Shown in pieces: positions 31,830-32,000 of a stretch of DNA of 32,000 nucleotides. The position numbers were made by a program, and so were the translations under genes. The stretch spans positions 210,001-242,000 of the forward strand of contig CP064962.1 of NCBI GenBank assembly GCA_016699145.1, read 5' to 3'. How positions within the stretch are numbered: the stretch's first letter is position 1; each line of letters opens with the position of its first letter. The notes below the pieces were generated by a model, which did not search any database, was not told the origin of the DNA, and saw nothing but the letters and a program-made list of their open reading frames with translations. The DNA comes from Candidatus Saccharimonadota bacterium. GTDB lineage: Bacteria; Patescibacteriota; Gracilibacteria; UBA1369; 2-02-FULL-48-14.

Positions 31830-32000
31830 AACCCAGGCCACCCTTTCCACGCCCACAAACTCGCCGTCGCCCGCCAAACCAACCTCGACATGCCCCGCAA
31901 CTTGGCAAAGTCAGTGACGGTGAGATGTTAGAGGCTTGAATCTAAAATATTTTCGCAACCTTTTAGAAAGGAAATAATATTTTTAGGATTTAATCCTATT

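Overview
All calls were made by eye from the sequence and the ORF track. No database search was run. RNA ends are good to a few nt and promoter or terminator calls are unvalidated motif matches. The window looks like chromosome from a small-genome, probably uncultivated bacterium; the rRNA and proteins look CPR/Patescibacteria-like, which is inference only. The standard genetic code applies, since TAA, TAG and TGA all end conserved genes.

Layout, left to right:
- 1-7.9 kb: a dismantled rRNA locus. The 23S 5' part (1-2310, minus) and the 16S (6242-7695, minus) are co-oriented but 3.9 kb apart. The gap holds family-less ORFs and a tRNA-Ala/tRNA-Ile pair on the opposite strand.
- 7.9-17.8 kb, mostly plus strand: a 1002-1018 aa ORFan with a C-terminal lytic-transglycosylase-like motif, clpP, a 206 aa ORFan, a lipoprotein gene plus lgt, a minus-strand membrane-protein gene and tRNA-Leu/Cys/Lys cluster, radA, and a ~600 aa ORFan.
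- 17.7-27.8 kb, minus strand: the rpsU-prmC-prfA-tatD operon, a small ORF, gyrB, then a cassette of a VirB4-like ATPase, an HExxH protease-like protein and a 746 aa secreted protein.
- 27.9-32 kb: a DUF433/DUF5615-type toxin-antitoxin pair, a 199 aa ORFan and gyrA.

Main observations:
- The split rRNA locus carries its own terminators and promoters, and the tRNA pair sits on the wrong strand.
- The 16S 3' tail has an altered anti-Shine-Dalgarno core. Gene starts lack SD motifs and several -10 boxes sit almost on the ATG.
- Four reading-frame breaks all lie at short A/T homopolymers, including both gyrase subunits. These are most likely base-calling errors but worth checking.
- AT-rich ORFan genes with strong private promoters are interleaved with GC-richer core genes.
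- An orphan VirB4-like cassette plus an addiction module is wedged between divergent gyrB and gyrA.

No CRISPR array, transposase, integrase or recognisable defence system was seen.
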